DNA of 64,000 nucleotides from Gammaproteobacteria bacterium. GTDB taxonomy: Bacteria; Pseudomonadota; Gammaproteobacteria; Eutrophobiales; Eutrophobiaceae. A program made the position numbers and the translations under genes. Below the pieces are notes generated by a model that saw nothing but the letters and a program-made list of their open reading frames with translations, searched no databases and was not told the DNA's origin. Position 1 is the stretch's first letter. Each line of letters starts with the position of its first letter. Positions 13,257 to 26,737 of the stretch are shown piece by piece. The stretch is taken from positions 3,072,001 through 3,136,000 of the forward strand of contig OZ244905.1 in NCBI GenBank assembly GCA_965221695.1. Reading direction: 5' to 3'.

Positions 13257-16200
13257 CTAAAACAGAAAATCCGACGCATCCAGACCGGCGCGGTCAAAGT
13301 CTTCCAATTCCACTATGCCGCCGCCGTGCTCCGTAAGATCCAAGACCACATTTGTTCCCTCCGTTGTAACATTGAGTGCGGTAAAATCTGCTATGTCAAA
13401 ATCGCGCAGATCGATTTTATCTTCTTCATCGCCGAAGTCTCTGATTATGTCATTTCCATGACCTGGAGAAAACCTGAAAATATCTACGCCTTCACCTCCC
13501 CTAAGTCTGTCATCGCCGTCACCACCAAACAGAGTGTCCGCACCTAGGCCACCGGAGAGATAATCATTGCCGCTTCCGCCTTCCAACCAATCGTCTCCTG
13601 CATTGCCATATAATTCATCATTACCTTCGCCGCCGTGTAGTGTGTCTGCGCCTGCATCGCCTTGCAACCAATCATTACCTTCGTCACCACTCAGTGAGTC
13701 CGCGCCTGTACCGCCTTCCAACCAATCATTATCTTCATCGCCGTGCAGTGTGTCTGCGCCTGCGCCACCATAAAGCGAATCAGAGCCGGTTCCGCCGTTC
13801 AGTATGTCATCTCCATTGCCGCCATGCAGTGAGTCTCTATCAGAGTAACCATGCAAGATATCCGTACCGCCGTTGCCCTTTATGGTGTTTCTGGATTCGT
13901 CCCCTGTCAGTGTATCTGCGTAGCTGCTGCCGATAATATCCTCGAAATCTCTGATAGTATCTCCTGTCGCATGTCCGCCGGAGACCTCATTGGTCAACAG
14001 ATTTACCGAGACGCCTGCATTCGACGATGCATAGGAGAGAGTATCAAGGCCACTGCCACCGTCCAGGATGTCCGCGCCGGCTCCACCTTCCACCTTATCT
14101 AAGCCACGCCCGCCCTCAATCACGTTGCTCCCATCATCTCCGGTCAGCGTATCCCAGTGCGAGCTGCCGATAATATGCTCGACATCTTGAAAACTATCCC
14201 CTTGCGCGTGGCCGCCGGAGGCTTTATTTGTACGCAGGTTCACCTTGACACCCGAGTTTGACCCTGCGTAAGAAACGGTATCATCGCCACTACCGCCGTC
14301 CAAGGTGTCGCTGCCCTCGTTGCCAAGCAGGATATCATCGCCGGCGCCACCAATAAGCGTGTCTGTGCCGGCATTGCCCCAAATGATATTATTTCTGTCA
14401 TCGCCGGTCAGTGTATCCGCGTGTTCACTGCCGATAATGTTTTCGACACTCAGGATACTATCCCCCTCCGCATCCCCACCAGAGGCCCCGCCAGTTTGCA
14501 AGTTCACAATGACGCCCAGGCTCGACCCGGTATAGGAAACGGTATCATCGCCTTCGCCACCGTCCAGGATGTCCGCGCCGCCGCCGCCTTGCAACTGGTC
14601 ATCGCCTTCGTCGCCGAGCACGGTGTCCGTGCCGGCATCGCCATGAAGCCGATCATTGCCGGTTCCGCCATTCAGTATGTCATCGCCATCGCCGCCATAC
14701 AGTTCATCCCAACCAGTGTAACCATCCAAGGTGTCTGCGCCGCCGTTGCCCCTAATGATGTTGTTGTCTTCATTCCCCGTCAGTGTATCTGCGCGCTCGC
14801 TGCCGATAATGTTCTCGGCATTCAGGATATTATCCCCCTCCGCCTCCCCGCCAGAGCTCTCGCCAGTTTGCAGGTTGACAATGACGCCCAAGTTCGATCC
14901 GGAATAGGAAACTGTATCATAACCGCTGCCGCCGTCCAGGATGTCTGCGCCAGCGCCGCCTTCCAGCTTGTCATTGCCAGCCGAGCCATTTATCACGTTG
15001 TTAGCATCATCGCCGGTCAACGTATCCTCGTGCAAGCTGCCGATAATATTCTCGAACCCCAGGATCTTATCCCCTTCCGCCTCCCCGCCAGATCCCTCGC
15101 CAGTTTGCAGGTTGACAATGACGCTAGCATCTGCCCATACGTAGGAAACAGTATCATTACCTGCGCCACCGTCCAGGATATCGGCGCCGTCAAAGCCCCG
15201 GATGACGTTGTCGCCGTCATCTCCAGTCAGTATATCCGCGTGGTCGCTGCCGAAAATATGTTCTATCCCCTGTATGGTATCTCCTGTGCCATGACCGCCA
15301 GAGACTTCATTAGTGTCCAGGTTTACCGTGACGCCAGCGTCTGACGTTCTATAAGAAACGGTATCATCGCCGTCGCCGCCATCCAGAGCATCGCTGCCTT
15401 CACTACCGATCAGTAAATCATCGCCACTACCACCATTCAAAATGTTATCACCATTGTCACCCAGCAACCAGTCATCACCATCGCCGCCATTCAGGATATC
15501 ATCTCCTTCGCCACCCACCAGCCAGTCATTGCCGTCGCCGCCGTCCAGGGTGTCTGCTCCAGGACCGCCCTTCAGGGTGTCCCGCCCTTCGCCACCGTCC
15601 AGAATATCGTGACCGTCGCCACCCTCAATTTCATCATTGCCGTTGCCGCCCTCCAAGGTGTCGTTACCCTCGTCACCGAACAGCGCATCATAACCTTCGC
15701 CGCCTTCCAGGGTGTCAGCGCCATTGCCACCGTATAGGCTGTCCCAGCCACCGTTACCTTTGATGATGTTGTTGCCGTCATCACCTGCTAGCGAATCCCT
15801 AGCCTCACTGCCGATAATATGTTCAAACCCTTGGACAGAAAACTCTGTCCTAAACCCATAGTAAAAGCTGGCTTTACCCGTATTCAGGTTTATTATGATT
15901 CCCGTATTCGATCCTGCATAGGAAACGGTATCCACACCTCCACCGCCATCCAGAGTGTCTTCACCGCCGTTACCATTGATGACGTTGTCGCCGTCATCTC
16001 CAGTCAGTATATCCGCGTGCTTACTACCGATAATATGCTCGACACCACGGATACGATCTCCCTCCGCATAACCGCCGAAACCCTCGCCAGTTTGTAGGTT
16101 CGCTATGACACCCTCTCTAGACCCTGCATAGGAAACGGTATCCGTACCCGCGCCGCCATCCAGGGTATCTGCGCCGGGACCGCCATCCAGCCAGTCCTCA

Positions 16201-19200
16201 CCATCACCGCCAGCGAGTGAGTCCGCGCCAAGACCGCCATCCAGTTGGTCATTCCCGCCACCACCAGCAAGTGAGTCCCTGCCAGTGCCGCCAATCAGCT
16301 TATCACTGCCTGTTCCACCTTGAAGGACGTCGTCTCCCACACCACCATCCAGTTGGTCATCGCCCTCGCCGCCGTCCAAGGTATCCGCGCCTGAGTCACC
16401 ATCCAGCCAGTCATCGCCCCCACCGCCATCCAGAATATCCGCGCCGGAGTCGCCAATCAGTTTGTCATTACCGCTCCCGCCTTGAAGCATGTCGTCACCC
16501 AGACCGCCATCCAGTTGGTCATTACCGCCTGCGCCATCCAAAATATCCGCGCCCGCATTGCCTCGGATGTCATTGATTTCATTATCTCCAGTCAGCGTAT
16601 CTGCGTGCTCACTGCCGATAATATGCTCGAAACCCTGGATGCTATCGCCCTTCGCATACCCGCCAGAGGCTTCGCCAGTTTGCAGGTCCACTGAGACGCC
16701 CGCCGTTGACCGCGTATAGGAGACAGTATCATCGCCGGCGCCGCCGTCCAGGGTGTCGCCGCCCGCGCCGCCCGCCAGCCAATCATTACCAGTCCCACCC
16801 CGTAGTATGTCGTCTCCCTGACTCCCATCCAGCCGGTCATCACCGCCGGCGCCAGTGAGTGTGTCTGCCCCCGCATTACCCTGGAGGTCATTGTTTTCAT
16901 CATTCCCGGCCAGCGTATCCGCGTGTTCGCTGCCGATAACATGCTCAAAATCACGGATACTATCCCCCTCCGCATACCCGCCAGAGGCTTCGTCAGAATC
17001 CAGGTCTACAATGACGCCTGCGTTCGAGTCTGCATAGACAAGGGTATCGTCACCTTCGCCACCGTCCAGAATGTCCGTGCCGTCTCCGCCATTTATCCAG
17101 TCAGCGCCATATCCGCCGATGATTATGTTATTGTCACTGCTTCCGATCAGCGTGTCCGCGTATTCGCTGCCGGTTACGTGTTCGAAACTTCGGATACTAT
17201 CTCCCGCGGCGTGACCTCCTGAAGCTTCATCAGTTTGCAGGTTTACAGTAACGCCCCTGTTCGATCTGGCATAGGAAACAGCATCATCCCCGTCGCCGCC
17301 ATCCAAGATGTCCGCGCCCTCGCCCCCATCCAGTTCGTCATCGCCGTCGTCGCCGACCAGGGTATCCGCGCCGGGGCCACCATCCAGCCGGTCATTGCCA
17401 ATCCCACCCTGTAGCATGTCGTCTGCCCAACCACCATCCAACCAATCATCACCGTCTCCACCAACCAGGCTGTCCTCGCCTTCAGCGCCATCCAACCTGT
17501 CATCGCCTGCGCCACCATCCAGCCGGTCATTGCCGTCCCCGCCGTCCAGCCGATCATCGCCTGCGCCGCCCTCCATCTCGTCATTACCGCGCCCGCCGTC
17601 CAACAGGTCATTGCCGTCGCCACCCAGAAGTCTGTCATCGCCCTCTTCGCCGTGAAGTTCGTCCTGGCCAGCGCCACTATCCAGGGTATCTGCGTCGTTG
17701 CCGCCGATGATGACATTGTCGCGGTCATTTCCGGTCAACATATCCGCGCTTTCGCCGCCGATAATGTGTTCGAAACCCCGTATAGTATCTCCTGTAGCAT
17801 CACCGCCGGATACTTCATCTGTATGCAGGTTCACCGTAACGCTCGCAATCGACCATGCATAGGAGATGGTATCGTCGCCCTCTCCGCCGTCCAGAATATC
17901 GGCGCCAGCGCCGCCATGCAGCAGGTCATCACCGGCATTGCCTGTGAGCGTGTCATCGCCTCCATCGCCCCGGATGACATTGTCACCGTCATCACCGGTC
18001 AGGATATCCGCAAACTCACTGCCGATAATATGTTCGAAATTACGAATACGATCCCCTGTCGCATCGCCGCCGGATACTTCATCAGTATGCAGGTTCACCG
18101 TAACGCCCGCAATCGATCCTACATAGGAGATGATATCGTTGCCCTCTCCACCGTCCAGAATATCGGCGCCAGCGCCGCCATGCAGCAGGTCATCACCGTT
18201 CCCGCCTTCAATCACGTTGCCTCCATGATCGCCGGTCAGCCAATCTCCGCCCTCGCCACCGATAATATTTTCGAAACCCTGAATTGTATCCGACCTCCAA
18301 AACCCCTCATCGGCTCTGCCATCGCCCAGGTCAACTATCACGCTCCAGGGCCATCCGGCATAGGAAACGGTATCATTACCCAGTCCTCCATCCAGGGTGT
18401 CCGCGCCACCGAAGCCCATGATGACGTTGTCGCCGTCATCCCCAGTCAGTATGTCTGCGTGGAAGCTGCCGAAAATATTCTCGAACCCCTGGATACTATC
18501 CCCCTCCGCATCCCCACCGGAGGCTTCGCCGGAACTCAGGTTTACCGTGACGCCTGCGTTCGATCCGACATACGCAACGGTATCTTCACCGGCGCCGCCG
18601 TCCAGGGTATCCGCGTTGCCGTTGCCCGTGATGACATTGTCACCGTCATCTCCGGTCAGTGTATCTGCGTGCATGCTGCCTATAACATTCTCAAACCCCT
18701 GGATACTATCCCCCTCTGCATGCCCGCCGGAGGCTTCGTCTGCGCGCAGGTCCACCATAACGCCCGCGTTTGACTCTGTATAGGAAAGCGTATCAACGCC
18801 ACCACCGCCGTCCAGGATATCCGCGCCGGCGTTGCCAACAATGAAGTTATCTCCATCAGTCCCGGTCAATGTATCCGCGTAGTCGCTGCCGATAACATGT
18901 TCAAAACCCCGAATGGTATCTCCTTCCGCATACCCACCTGCAGCTTCATCAGTTTGCAGGTTTACTGTCACACCGGCGTTCGATGATGAATAGGAAACGA
19001 GATCATCGCCCTCGCCGCCGTCCAGGACATCGTTGCCCGGGCTGCCGTACAGATCATCATCGCCGTTGCCACCCCACAGCTTGTCATCCCCGTCGCCACT
19101 GCGAAGGCTGTCATCCCCATCGCCGCCATCCAGAGTTTTTGCGCCATCGCCGCTAATCAGTGTGTCATTGCCGGCGCCTCCCCACAACTCGCTGTCTCCC

Positions 19201-22043
19201 ACACCGTCCAATAGCCGGTCATTGCCAGTCCCACCCCAGAGCCGGTTGTTTCCATCTCCGCCATCCAGCTCATCATAGCCGTCACCACCGTCCAGGGTGT
19301 CATCGCCATCGCCGGCAGATAGAATGTCATGGCCAGCCCCACCCCAGATACGGTTATTCCCATCTCCGCCATCCAGCGTATCATTGCCATCACCACCGTC
19401 CAGGGTGTCATTGCCCTCGCCGCCCAACAGGTTGTCATAACCATCGCCGCCGTAAAGCTGATCGTCACCGCCATTCCCATCCAAGTTGTCGTTGCCTTTA
19501 TCGCCGAACAGAATGTCGTCGCCGTTACCACCCGACAGCCTGTCATTGCCGCTATCGCCGTACAGGGCATCATCACCATCTTCACCTGTCAAATGATCCG
19601 AGCCGGTCTCACCTTTCAGCCGGTCATTTCCGGCGCCGCCAATCAGTTGATCACTACCGCTGCCACCAACCAAGGTGTCGGCGCCACCATTGCCCCTGAT
19701 GACGTTCCTACCCCCATCCCCGAACAGTGTATCCGAGCGCTCGCTGCCGACAATGTGTTCAACTCCACGGATAGTATCTCCTGCTGCGTGCCCGCCGTAG
19801 ATTTGACCCGTATCCAGGTTCACTGTCACGCCCGCGTATGACCCTGCATAGGAAACTGTATCATCGCGTCCATTGCCACCGTCCAGGATGTCCGCGCCGT
19901 CACCGCCTTCCAGCCAGTCATTACCGTCGCCGCCCTCAATCACATTGTTTCCTTCATCGCCTGTGAGCGTATCCTCGCGCCGGCTCCCGATAATGTGCTC
20001 GACTCTACGGATAGTGTCCCCTGCCGCATCCCCGCCAGAGGCCTGGCCCGTACTCAAGTTCACCGTCACGCCCCTATTTGACTCGGCATAGGAAGCGGTA
20101 TCATCGCCCTCACCACCGTCCAGGAAGTCTGCGCCGGGACCACCTTGCAGCCAATCGTTGCCAGTTTCACCCTGTAGCGTGTCCTCTCCCGGGCCGCCAT
20201 CCAGTCGGTCGTTACCGTCGCCGCCGGCAAGTGTATCTGCGCCTCTACTACCCCACAGGTTATTGGTTCCATCATCTCCGGTTAACGTGTCCGCGTGCTC
20301 GCTACCGATAATGTGTTCGACTCCCCGGATACTATCTCCATGCGCATGCCCGCCGGAGGTTTCACCAGTTTGCAGGTTCACCGTTATGCCCGCGGCTGAC
20401 CCTGTATAGGAAATAGTGTCATCGCCCTCGCCGCCATCCAGAATATCCGCGCCAGCCCCGCCAATAAGTCGGTCATCACCGTCAGCGCCACTGAGTGTGT
20501 CCGCTCCTGCATTGCCGTGGATGTCATTGTTTCCGTCATCCCCGGTCAGCGTATCTGCGTGCTCGCTGCCGATTACGTGTTCGAACCCCCGGATACTATC
20601 TCCCTCCGCATCGCCGCCGGAGGCTTCATTAGTACGCAGGTTCACCGTGACGCCCGCGTTCGACTCCCTATAGGAAACGGTATCATTACCCTCGCCACCA
20701 TCCAGGGAGTCTGCGCCGGCGCCGCCTTCCAACCAGTCATCACCGTATCCGCCAATGATGCTGTTGTTGCCGCCATCCCCGGTCAACATATCTGTGTAGT
20801 CGCTGCCGATTACGTGTTCGAACCCCCGGATACTATCTCCCCATGCATAACCGCCAGAGGCTTCATTAGTACGCAAGTTCACCGTGACTCCTCTGTACGA
20901 CTCCGCATAGGAAACAGTATCATCGCCCGCGCCGCCATCCATCCAATCAAAGCCTTCACTGCCGATGATGATGTTGTCGCCGTCATCTCCGATTAGCGTA
21001 TCCGAATCCCTGCTACCGATAATGTTCTCAAATCCCCGGATACTATCTCCCTCTGCATCACCGCCGGAGGCTTCATTAGTGCGCAGGTTCACCGTGACGC
21101 CCCAATCTGACCATGCATAGGAAACGGTATCATTACCCTCGCCGCCGTCCAAAACATCAGCGCCGCGGTTGCCTATAATGACATTATCGCCGTCATCCCC
21201 GATTAACGTGTCATCGTAGTTGCTGCCGATAAGGGTCTCGATATCCCGGAAAGTATCCCCTTCTGCATACCCACCGGAGCCTTCACCATTAAGCAGGTTG
21301 ACTATGACGCCCGCGTTTGACCATGAATAGGTAACAGTGTCATCACCCTCCCCGCCATCGAAAAGATCCATACCGTGGCCGCCCTCCAGCCGGTCATTGC
21401 CGTTGCCACCGTACAGATTGTTGGTTCCCGTTCCACCCACCAGCCGGTCGTTACCGTGTCCACCGTCCAGGTTGTCATCGCCATCACCGCCTTCCAGTTC
21501 GTCATTGCCGCCGCCGCCGTAAAGGTTGTCACTACCGTCTCCGCCCTGAAGCCGGTCATTGCCGCTGCCGCCGTAAAGGTTGTCACTACCGTCTCCGCCC
21601 TGAAGCCGGTCATTACCGTCGCCGCCGTCCAAGGTGTCATCGCCGTTGCCGCCGTCCAACCTGTCTTTGCCGTTACCGCCATTCAGCCGGTCGTTGCCGT
21701 CGCCACCATACAGTCTATCATCGCCCTCGCCACCATCCAGGGTATCATCGCCGTCGCCGCCATACAGGGCATCGTCACCATCGCCACCTTCCAGGGTGTC
21801 ATTACCCGAGTAGCCATACAATACGTCATTGCCGCCTCTGCCTTGCAGGTTGTCATCGCCATGACGGCCTTGCAGGAAGTCATGGTCGTCGTCGCCGATG
21901 TATATCTCCAAGCCATACAGCGAGGCGGTCTTTCCCAAGGCGCTGATCTTTTCTCTCTCCGTCGTGGCTAAGGGTTTTTCATTCTTCTCGGGGCTCGCGA
22001 CGGGGACTTCGGTTTTCAGGTTCGTTTTTATCATTTCAACCAT
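13257..22043 (-). CDS. Giant RTX-type (hemolysin-type) calcium-binding repeat protein, probable T1SS substrate or adhesin
   Basis: Long runs of GGxGxDxLx nonapeptides interleaved with 24 copies of a DTVSYxxSxxGVTVNL..GGxAxGDxIxxxEHIIGS module; C-terminal [24 protein letters not shown] typical of RTX secretion tails; no Sec signal. Confidence 0.92.
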   Translation of the reverse strand: MVEMIKTNLKTEVPVASPEKNEKPLATTEREKISALGKTASLYGLEIYIGDDDHDFLQGRHGDDNLQGRGGNDVLYGYSGNDTLEGGDGDDALYGGDGDDTLDGGEGDDRLYGGDGNDRLNGGNGKDRLDGGNGDDTLDGGDGNDRLQGGDGSDNLYGGSGNDRLQGGDGSDNLYGGGGNDELEGGDGDDNLDGGHGNDRLVGGTGTNNLYGGNGNDRLEGGHGMDLFDGGEGDDTVTYSWSNAGVIVNLLNGEGSGGYAEGDTFRDIETLIGSNYDDTLIGDDGDNVIIGNRGADVLDGGEGNDTVSYAWSDWGVTVNLRTNEASGGDAEGDSIRGFENIIGSRDSDTLIGDDGDNIIIGSEGFDWMDGGAGDDTVSYAESYRGVTVNLRTNEASGGYAWGDSIRGFEHVIGSDYTDMLTGDGGNNSIIGGYGDDWLEGGAGADSLDGGEGNDTVSYRESNAGVTVNLRTNEASGGDAEGDSIRGFEHVIGSEHADTLTGDDGNNDIHGNAGADTLSGADGDDRLIGGAGADILDGGEGDDTISYTGSAAGITVNLQTGETSGGHAHGDSIRGVEHIIGSEHADTLTGDDGTNNLWGSRGADTLAGGDGNDRLDGGPGEDTLQGETGNDWLQGGPGADFLDGGEGDDTASYAESNRGVTVNLSTGQASGGDAAGDTIRRVEHIIGSRREDTLTGDEGNNVIEGGDGNDWLEGGDGADILDGGNGRDDTVSYAGSYAGVTVNLDTGQIYGGHAAGDTIRGVEHIVGSERSDTLFGDGGRNVIRGNGGADTLVGGSGSDQLIGGAGNDRLKGETGSDHLTGEDGDDALYGDSGNDRLSGGNGDDILFGDKGNDNLDGNGGDDQLYGGDGYDNLLGGEGNDTLDGGDGNDTLDGGDGNNRIWGGAGHDILSAGDGDDTLDGGDGYDELDGGDGNNRLWGGTGNDRLLDGVGDSELWGGAGNDTLISGDGAKTLDGGDGDDSLRSGDGDDKLWGGNGDDDLYGSPGNDVLDGGEGDDLVSYSSSNAGVTVNLQTDEAAGGYAEGDTIRGFEHVIGSDYADTLTGTDGDNFIVGNAGADILDGGGGVDTLSYTESNAGVMVDLRADEASGGHAEGDSIQGFENVIGSMHADTLTGDDGDNVITGNGNADTLDGGAGEDTVAYVGSNAGVTVNLSSGEASGGDAEGDSIQGFENIFGSFHADILTGDDGDNVIMGFGGADTLDGGLGNDTVSYAGWPWSVIVDLGDGRADEGFWRSDTIQGFENIIGGEGGDWLTGDHGGNVIEGGNGDDLLHGGAGADILDGGEGNDIISYVGSIAGVTVNLHTDEVSGGDATGDRIRNFEHIIGSEFADILTGDDGDNVIRGDGGDDTLTGNAGDDLLHGGAGADILDGGEGDDTISYAWSIASVTVNLHTDEVSGGDATGDTIRGFEHIIGGESADMLTGNDRDNVIIGGNDADTLDSGAGQDELHGEEGDDRLLGGDGNDLLDGGRGNDEMEGGAGDDRLDGGDGNDRLDGGAGDDRLDGAEGEDSLVGGDGDDWLDGGWADDMLQGGIGNDRLDGGPGADTLVGDDGDDELDGGEGADILDGGDGDDAVSYARSNRGVTVNLQTDEASGGHAAGDSIRSFEHVTGSEYADTLIGSSDNNIIIGGYGADWINGGDGTDILDGGEGDDTLVYADSNAGVIVDLDSDEASGGYAEGDSIRDFEHVIGSEHADTLAGNDENNDLQGNAGADTLTGAGGDDRLDGSQGDDILRGGTGNDWLAGGAGGDTLDGGAGDDTVSYTRSTAGVSVDLQTGEASGGYAKGDSIQGFEHIIGSEHADTLTGDNEINDIRGNAGADILDGAGGNDQLDGGLGDDMLQGGSGNDKLIGDSGADILDGGGGDDWLDGDSGADTLDGGEGDDQLDGGVGDDVLQGGTGSDKLIGGTGRDSLAGGGGNDQLDGGLGADSLAGGDGEDWLDGGPGADTLDGGAGTDTVSYAGSREGVIANLQTGEGFGGYAEGDRIRGVEHIIGSKHADILTGDDGDNVINGNGGEDTLDGGGGVDTVSYAGSNTGIIINLNTGKASFYYGFRTEFSVQGFEHIIGSEARDSLAGDDGNNIIKGNGGWDSLYGGNGADTLEGGEGYDALFGDEGNDTLEGGNGNDEIEGGDGHDILDGGEGRDTLKGGPGADTLDGGDGNDWLVGGEGDDILNGGDGDDWLLGDNGDNILNGGSGDDLLIGSEGSDALDGGDGDDTVSYRTSDAGVTVNLDTNEVSGGHGTGDTIQGIEHIFGSDHADILTGDDGDNVIRGFDGADILDGGAGNDTVSYVWADASVIVNLQTGEGSGGEAEGDKILGFENIIGSLHEDTLTGDDANNVINGSAGNDKLEGGAGADILDGGSGYDTVSYSGSNLGVIVNLQTGESSGGEAEGDNILNAENIIGSERADTLTGNEDNNIIRGNGGADTLDGYTGWDELYGGDGDDILNGGTGNDRLHGDAGTDTVLGDEGDDQLQGGGGADILDGGEGDDTVSYTGSSLGVIVNLQTGGASGGDAEGDSILSVENIIGSEHADTLTGDDRNNIIWGNAGTDTLIGGAGDDILLGNEGSDTLDGGSGDDTVSYAGSNSGVKVNLRTNKASGGHAQGDSFQDVEHIIGSSHWDTLTGDDGSNVIEGGRGLDKVEGGAGADILDGGSGLDTLSYASSNAGVSVNLLTNEVSGGHATGDTIRDFEDIIGSSYADTLTGDESRNTIKGNGGTDILHGYSDRDSLHGGNGDDILNGGTGSDSLYGGAGADTLHGDEDNDWLEGGTGADSLSGDEGNDWLQGDAGADTLHGGEGNDELYGNAGDDWLEGGSGNDYLSGGLGADTLFGGDGDDRLRGGEGVDIFRFSPGHGNDIIRDFGDEEDKIDLRDFDIADFTALNVTTEGTNVVLDLTEHGGGIVELEDFDRAGLDASDFLF

Positions 22044-22312
22044 AACCGCTGATGTCGGATATATCGCCGGCAGACTCGCCGGTTTCTGCAGTAGTTGTCA
22101 TTTTAGTTGAATATCCCCTTTTCAGGGCAGAACTGAGTAGAAATAGTAGTCAGGAAAGTGGATCAATTCAACCGTATTGATTTTCATGATGTATTACGGA
22201 TTTATTAGATGCTGCTTTTTGTGGTATAAGATATCGGTTATTTCTTTCCCTGGGATCGCGAGCTCCGCTGATAATTTAACGCGCTCTGAAGTTTATAAAT
22301 TCATTGGAAACC

Positions 22313-23383
22313 ATGCCTGAAAAACCCGTTAACGATCGTCTGTTGAGAGCATTGCGGCGCCAGCCGGTTGATGCCACACCCATATGGATCATGCGCCAGG
22401 CGGGGCGTTACTTGCCTGAATATCGCGCCACCCGGCAACGCGCGGGAGATTTTATGACCTTGTGCAAGACCCCCGAGCTGGCCTGCGAGGTCACGTTGCA
22501 GCCGCTGCAGCGTTTCGACCTGGATGCGGCAATCCTGTTTTCCGATATTCTCACGATACCGGACGCAATGGGTCTGGGCTTGAGCGTGGTGGAAAACATC
22601 GGTCCGCGGTTTGATCGGCCGCTGCGCACAGGCGATGATATTCGCAACCTGGGTGTGCCGGATGTTGAAGCCGACCTGGGCTATGTCATGAATGCTGTCA
22701 GGCTGATCAAGCGGGAACTGCATCGCAAAGTTCCGTTGATCGGTTTCGCCGGCAGTCCCTGGACTGTTGCCACCTACATGATCGAGGGCGGGTCGAGCAA
22801 GAATTTCAGCCTCGCCAAGGGCATGTTGTATGCGCAGCCGGACTGGATGCGTATGCTTTTGGAAAAACTGACCCGATCCATTACCGACTACCTGAACGCC
22901 CAGGTTGCGGCAGGCGTCGATGTGGTCATGGTATTTGACAGTTGGGGAGGCATATTGTCCCACGCCGCATACCTTGAGTTCTCACTGGACTATATGCGCA
23001 CTATTGTCCAAGGCATCAGGTCGGCAGGCCGGGGGAGCACAGTACCCATTATTTTATTTACCAGGGGAGGGGGGCTGTGGCTTGAGAACCTGGCCGAGTC
23101 CGGTTGCGACGCTGTAGGCCTGGACTGGAGCGTGGATATAGGCAACGCGCGCCACATTGCAGGGGACAGGGTCGCGTTGCAGGGCAACCTGGACACGGCG
23201 GTATTGTATTCATCCCCCGCAACGATTCGACGCCAGGTGGCCGAGGTACTGTCCGCATTCGGTGCGGCTGACGGTCATGTCTTCAACCTGGGGCACGGCA
23301 TTCATCCTGATATCGATCCGGATAAGGTAGCCGTGCTGGTGGACTCGGTACACGAACTAAGCCAGCCGTACCATTCCCGTTAA
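22313..23383 (+). CDS. hemE: Uroporphyrinogen decarboxylase
   Basis: [32 protein letters not shown]. Confidence 0.97.
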   Translation: MPEKPVNDRLLRALRRQPVDATPIWIMRQAGRYLPEYRATRQRAGDFMTLCKTPELACEVTLQPLQRFDLDAAILFSDILTIPDAMGLGLSVVENIGPRFDRPLRTGDDIRNLGVPDVEADLGYVMNAVRLIKRELHRKVPLIGFAGSPWTVATYMIEGGSSKNFSLAKGMLYAQPDWMRMLLEKLTRSITDYLNAQVAAGVDVVMVFDSWGGILSHAAYLEFSLDYMRTIVQGIRSAGRGSTVPIILFTRGGGLWLENLAESGCDAVGLDWSVDIGNARHIAGDRVALQGNLDTAVLYSSPATIRRQVAEVLSAFGAADGHVFNLGHGIHPDIDPDKVAVLVDSVHELSQPYHSR

Positions 23384-23388
23384 GCCGC

Positions 23389-24312
23389 ATGCTGAAACAA
23401 CGCGCCATCCTGGTCGCAAAGGGTTTTTGTATCGGTACCGCGGATATAGTCCCCGGGGTGAGTGGCGGGACCATGGCTTTTATCCTGGGAATCTATCGCG
23501 AACTGATTGCGGCAATCAAATCCTTTAACCTTGCCGCGCTGGCAGCATTGCTCAGGCTGGATGTCAGGCAGGCCCTGACACAGCCGCATTTCGGTTTTAT
23601 CTTGCCCTTGCTGCTGGGCATAATCGTAGCGTTACTTTTTTTTACCAGGGTGGCGCCGTTGCCGCAGGCGCTGCTGGATTATCCCGAGCAGATCTATGGC
23701 TTGTTCTTTGGCCTGATTGGCGGCTCCATCGTGGTTTTGTTGCGGGAAACAGTTTTCATGACCGGTAGGGAATGGCTGGCTCTGGCGTTGGGCGCAATCG
23801 GAGGCTATATCGTATTCAACCTGGCGCCTGCGCAGACCCCTGAGGATGGCTGGTTTATCTTTATCACCGGTATGCTGGCAAGCTGTGCGATGATGCTGCC
23901 GGGCATATCAGGATCGTTCATATTACTGATCCTGAACAAATATGTGTACATATTCACCGCAATCGGGTATTTCAAACTGCCGATCCTGCTGCCTTTTGCC
24001 GCCGGGGTTGTGGCTGGCCTGGTATTTTTCAGCCGGGTGTTATCCTGGACGCTAGAGCGTTACTATCGCGTGACCGTGGCGTTCATTATCGGTCTGCTGT
24101 TTGCGTCATTGACGGTAATATGGCCGTTCCAGCAGCGCGTCTATGAAACGGTGGGTAGCGCTCCGCGCCTGGTCGAAACCCATCCGGCATTCCCGCCTGG
24201 CCTGTCCTTGCCAGTGGCGCTGTCATTCGGATTCATTCTTGCCGGCGTCATAATCGTCCTGTTGATCAACTACCTCCATAAAAGGCAGTTGGATTATGCT
24301 TCTTCTCGCTGA
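23389..24312 (+). CDS. DUF368 family membrane protein
   Basis: GTADIVPGVSGGTMAFILGIY and AMMLPGISGS repeats; multiple TM helices. Confidence 0.88.
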   Translation: MLKQRAILVAKGFCIGTADIVPGVSGGTMAFILGIYRELIAAIKSFNLAALAALLRLDVRQALTQPHFGFILPLLLGIIVALLFFTRVAPLPQALLDYPEQIYGLFFGLIGGSIVVLLRETVFMTGREWLALALGAIGGYIVFNLAPAQTPEDGWFIFITGMLASCAMMLPGISGSFILLILNKYVYIFTAIGYFKLPILLPFAAGVVAGLVFFSRVLSWTLERYYRVTVAFIIGLLFASLTVIWPFQQRVYETVGSAPRLVETHPAFPPGLSLPVALSFGFILAGVIIVLLINYLHKRQLDYASSR

Positions 24313-25828
24313 CCAGCAGCGCCCAAACCAGCAGAACCAGGCACAGCGCAACAATCAGAATATCGCCGGTCAAGACATAGAGCGTGCTGCCTGTATACAA
24401 GGGAACTGTTGTGGCGACCGCGTCTGGTTTGAACTGGTGTGTTTTGCCCACTATGCTCCCTTTTGCATCGATGATTGCGCTGATCCCGGTATTGGTGGCG
24501 CGCAACAGGTAGCGTCCGGTTTCGATAGCGCGCATCCGAGCCATTTGCAGATGCTGATGGGGCGAGGCGGAATCGCCGAACCAGGCATCATTGCTGACGT
24601 TTACCAGCAGTTGGGCTTCGGGCAGGGCGTTTATCACTTCGGAGCCAAATACGGCTTCATAACAGATGGACAACCCCATGGAAAAACTGTCTGCATGAAA
24701 CAAGGGCGGATCGCCAGTAGGGCTGGGACTGAAATCCGCTATGGATACCCGCAGCGCGGCAAGCGGCCATCGCAACAGCGGTTTTAGCGGCAGGTACTCG
24801 CCGAAAGGCACAAGGTGGCGTTTATGATAGAGTTGTTGGCTGGCGCCGCGCCTCAGCATAACCAGGCTGTTATAGCGCTCGCCAAGCTCCGCATCCCTGG
24901 TGGGCAATCCAACCAGCAATATGGAATCGTTGTGGCTCGCGATTCTTTCAAGCGTATCGATATAGCCTTGGAATTGATGCAAATAACCGGGAACGGCAGT
25001 TTCAGGCCAGATGATCAAATCATAGCCCCAGAAGGGTTCCGTCAGCTCAGGATAACGTTCCAGGGACAGATTTCTGTATTCCGGCAGCCATTTTATTTCC
25101 TGTGGAATAGCGCCCTGGATCAAAGCGACTTCTATCTCCTTGCCGCTGTGGTCGGTCCATTCAAGCGCGCGCAATTGCCAGCTCAGCGCAAGAACCACAA
25201 GCAGGGCCAAGGCCAGCGATAGTCTCCTGTCTTTGCCGAGAACCAGGACAAGCCCGCCCGCCAGAAAAGCAATGAGAAAACTGATGCCGAATACACCGAT
25301 AAGACTACCGTAACCGGACAAGATGCCATCTGTTTGCGTGTATCCCAGGGTCAGCCAAGGGAATCCGGTGAGTAACCAGGAGCGGACCCATTCTCCCAGC
25401 GTCCACAGCGACGGCATGACAGCCAGGAAGAAAAAGTAGTCTGAGCGAGTCGAAAAGCAACTTCCCAGAAAACCGGTCAAAGCAGGAAACAAGGACAGAT
25501 AAGCCACGAGCAGGAAAGTCAGCAGATAAGCGCCAGTCAGGTTGATCCCTGAAAAAAGGTTGATGCTGATGTGCAGCCAGCTTACGCCCACCCCGAACAG
25601 GCCAAGGCCGAACAGGTATCCATTGATAAATGCCCGCCCTGCGCTGCACGCGCGCCACAGATGGAACAGGACCGCCAGGGCGACGAACGGAATGACGCTA
25701 ATATTACTCGGCGCAAACGCGAAGGCAGTTGCGCCGCCGGCCGCCAGGCTCAGCAACCCTTGGACCAGCAGTCCGGAGGATGTTCTAGGCTGGCGGCGCT
25801 CCAGGTTCTGAAACAGACGTTTTTTCAA
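24266..25828 (-). CDS. lnt: Apolipoprotein N-acyltransferase
   Basis: GFPWL, WPETA, KRHLVPFGEY, ICYE, NDAWFG, RAIE, RATNTGIS; downstream of corC; exact start uncertain. Confidence 0.95.
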   Translation of the reverse strand: MKKRLFQNLERRQPRTSSGLLVQGLLSLAAGGATAFAFAPSNISVIPFVALAVLFHLWRACSAGRAFINGYLFGLGLFGVGVSWLHISINLFSGINLTGAYLLTFLLVAYLSLFPALTGFLGSCFSTRSDYFFFLAVMPSLWTLGEWVRSWLLTGFPWLTLGYTQTDGILSGYGSLIGVFGISFLIAFLAGGLVLVLGKDRRLSLALALLVVLALSWQLRALEWTDHSGKEIEVALIQGAIPQEIKWLPEYRNLSLERYPELTEPFWGYDLIIWPETAVPGYLHQFQGYIDTLERIASHNDSILLVGLPTRDAELGERYNSLVMLRRGASQQLYHKRHLVPFGEYLPLKPLLRWPLAALRVSIADFSPSPTGDPPLFHADSFSMGLSICYEAVFGSEVINALPEAQLLVNVSNDAWFGDSASPHQHLQMARMRAIETGRYLLRATNTGISAIIDAKGSIVGKTHQFKPDAVATTVPLYTGSTLYVLTGDILIVALCLVLLVWALLVSEKKHNPTAFYGGS

Positions 25829-26651
25829 AACGTAACAGGTGTAGTCTTCGTTTGTCAGCCCGGAGCACTTTCACATTGTAATCCGCAAGGTCAATATTCT
25901 CTCCGCGTTTCGGCAGGTAACCAAATTCATTGATTACCAGTCCTCCTATCGTATCATAATCATCGTTACTCAGTTGTGTGCCGAAATAATTATTGAATTC
26001 GTCAATGGGCGTGAAGGCTTGAACCGTATAGCGGTTTCTGCCATGTTGATCGATAAAAGTTTCCTCGTTGAAATCGTGTTCATCTTCAATCTCGCCGACA
26101 ATTTCTTCAATGATGTCTTCGATAGTAACCAGTCCGGCGATGCCATATTCATCCACAACGATTGCCATGTGGTTGTGGTTGGTGCGGAAATCTCTCAGCA
26201 AAACGTTCAGACGTTTGCTTTCGGGCACGAACACGGCAGGCCGCATCAGTTTTTTTACTGCAAAATCTTCCGGATCGTCATCGACAAAGCAGGACAGCAA
26301 ATCTTTCGCAAGCAGTGTTCCCAGCACGTCATTGTGGTCGTCACTGACCACCGGAAAGCGCGAATGGCCTGATTCGATCACGGTTCTCATAATGCTGGCC
26401 GGTTCGGCTGAGTGCCTTATTACAACCATTTGCACCCGCGGAACCATGATATCGCGCACCTGCATTTCCGCTACAGTCAAAGCGCCTTCAAGCATCATCA
26501 GGACATCCGGATCGAGGATATTCCGGGTTTCGGAGTCCCGCAGGATTTCGATCAGCGCCGGCAGGTCCCGGGGTTTTTTTGAAAAGGTGGATCTGATGTT
26601 ATTCCACCAGTGGGAAATGTTAAAACTCGACGGAGGTTTGTCTTTACTCAT
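25785..26651 (-). CDS. corC: CNNM/CorC family Mg/Co transport-associated protein
   Basis: CBS pair (VRDIMVPR, SGHSRFPV, VPESKRL, VTIEDIIEEIVGEIEDEHD) plus CorC_HlyC domain. Confidence 0.93.
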   Translation of the reverse strand: MSKDKPPSSFNISHWWNNIRSTFSKKPRDLPALIEILRDSETRNILDPDVLMMLEGALTVAEMQVRDIMVPRVQMVVIRHSAEPASIMRTVIESGHSRFPVVSDDHNDVLGTLLAKDLLSCFVDDDPEDFAVKKLMRPAVFVPESKRLNVLLRDFRTNHNHMAIVVDEYGIAGLVTIEDIIEEIVGEIEDEHDFNEETFIDQHGRNRYTVQAFTPIDEFNNYFGTQLSNDDYDTIGGLVINEFGYLPKRGENIDLADYNVKVLRADKRRLHLLRFEKTSVSEPGAPPA

Positions 26652-26710
26652 TGTTTATCGGCGCGTCTGTTCGGCGTCAATCTGTTTTCGGATCAGTTGT
26701 TATCTCTATA

Positions 26711-26737
26711 GGAACCTCTGATTAAGTCAGAGGTTCA
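26711..26737 (-). repeat. Mini single-hairpin form of the 152-bp element, overlapping the ybeY stop
   Basis: GGAACCTCTGA-TTAAG-TCAGAGGTTC; ybeY ends ..EPLT-stop inside it. Confidence 0.8.

Noticed and set aside
13326-21971. Many long + strand ORFs antisense to the RTX gene (Ser/Pro-rich or Val/Ile/Ala-rich)
   Set aside because: Shadow frames produced by Gly/Asp codon repeats
13257-22043. Diversity-generating retroelement acting on the RTX modules
   Set aside because: No reverse transcriptase or template repeat in the window, and I could not see adenine-specific differences between modules
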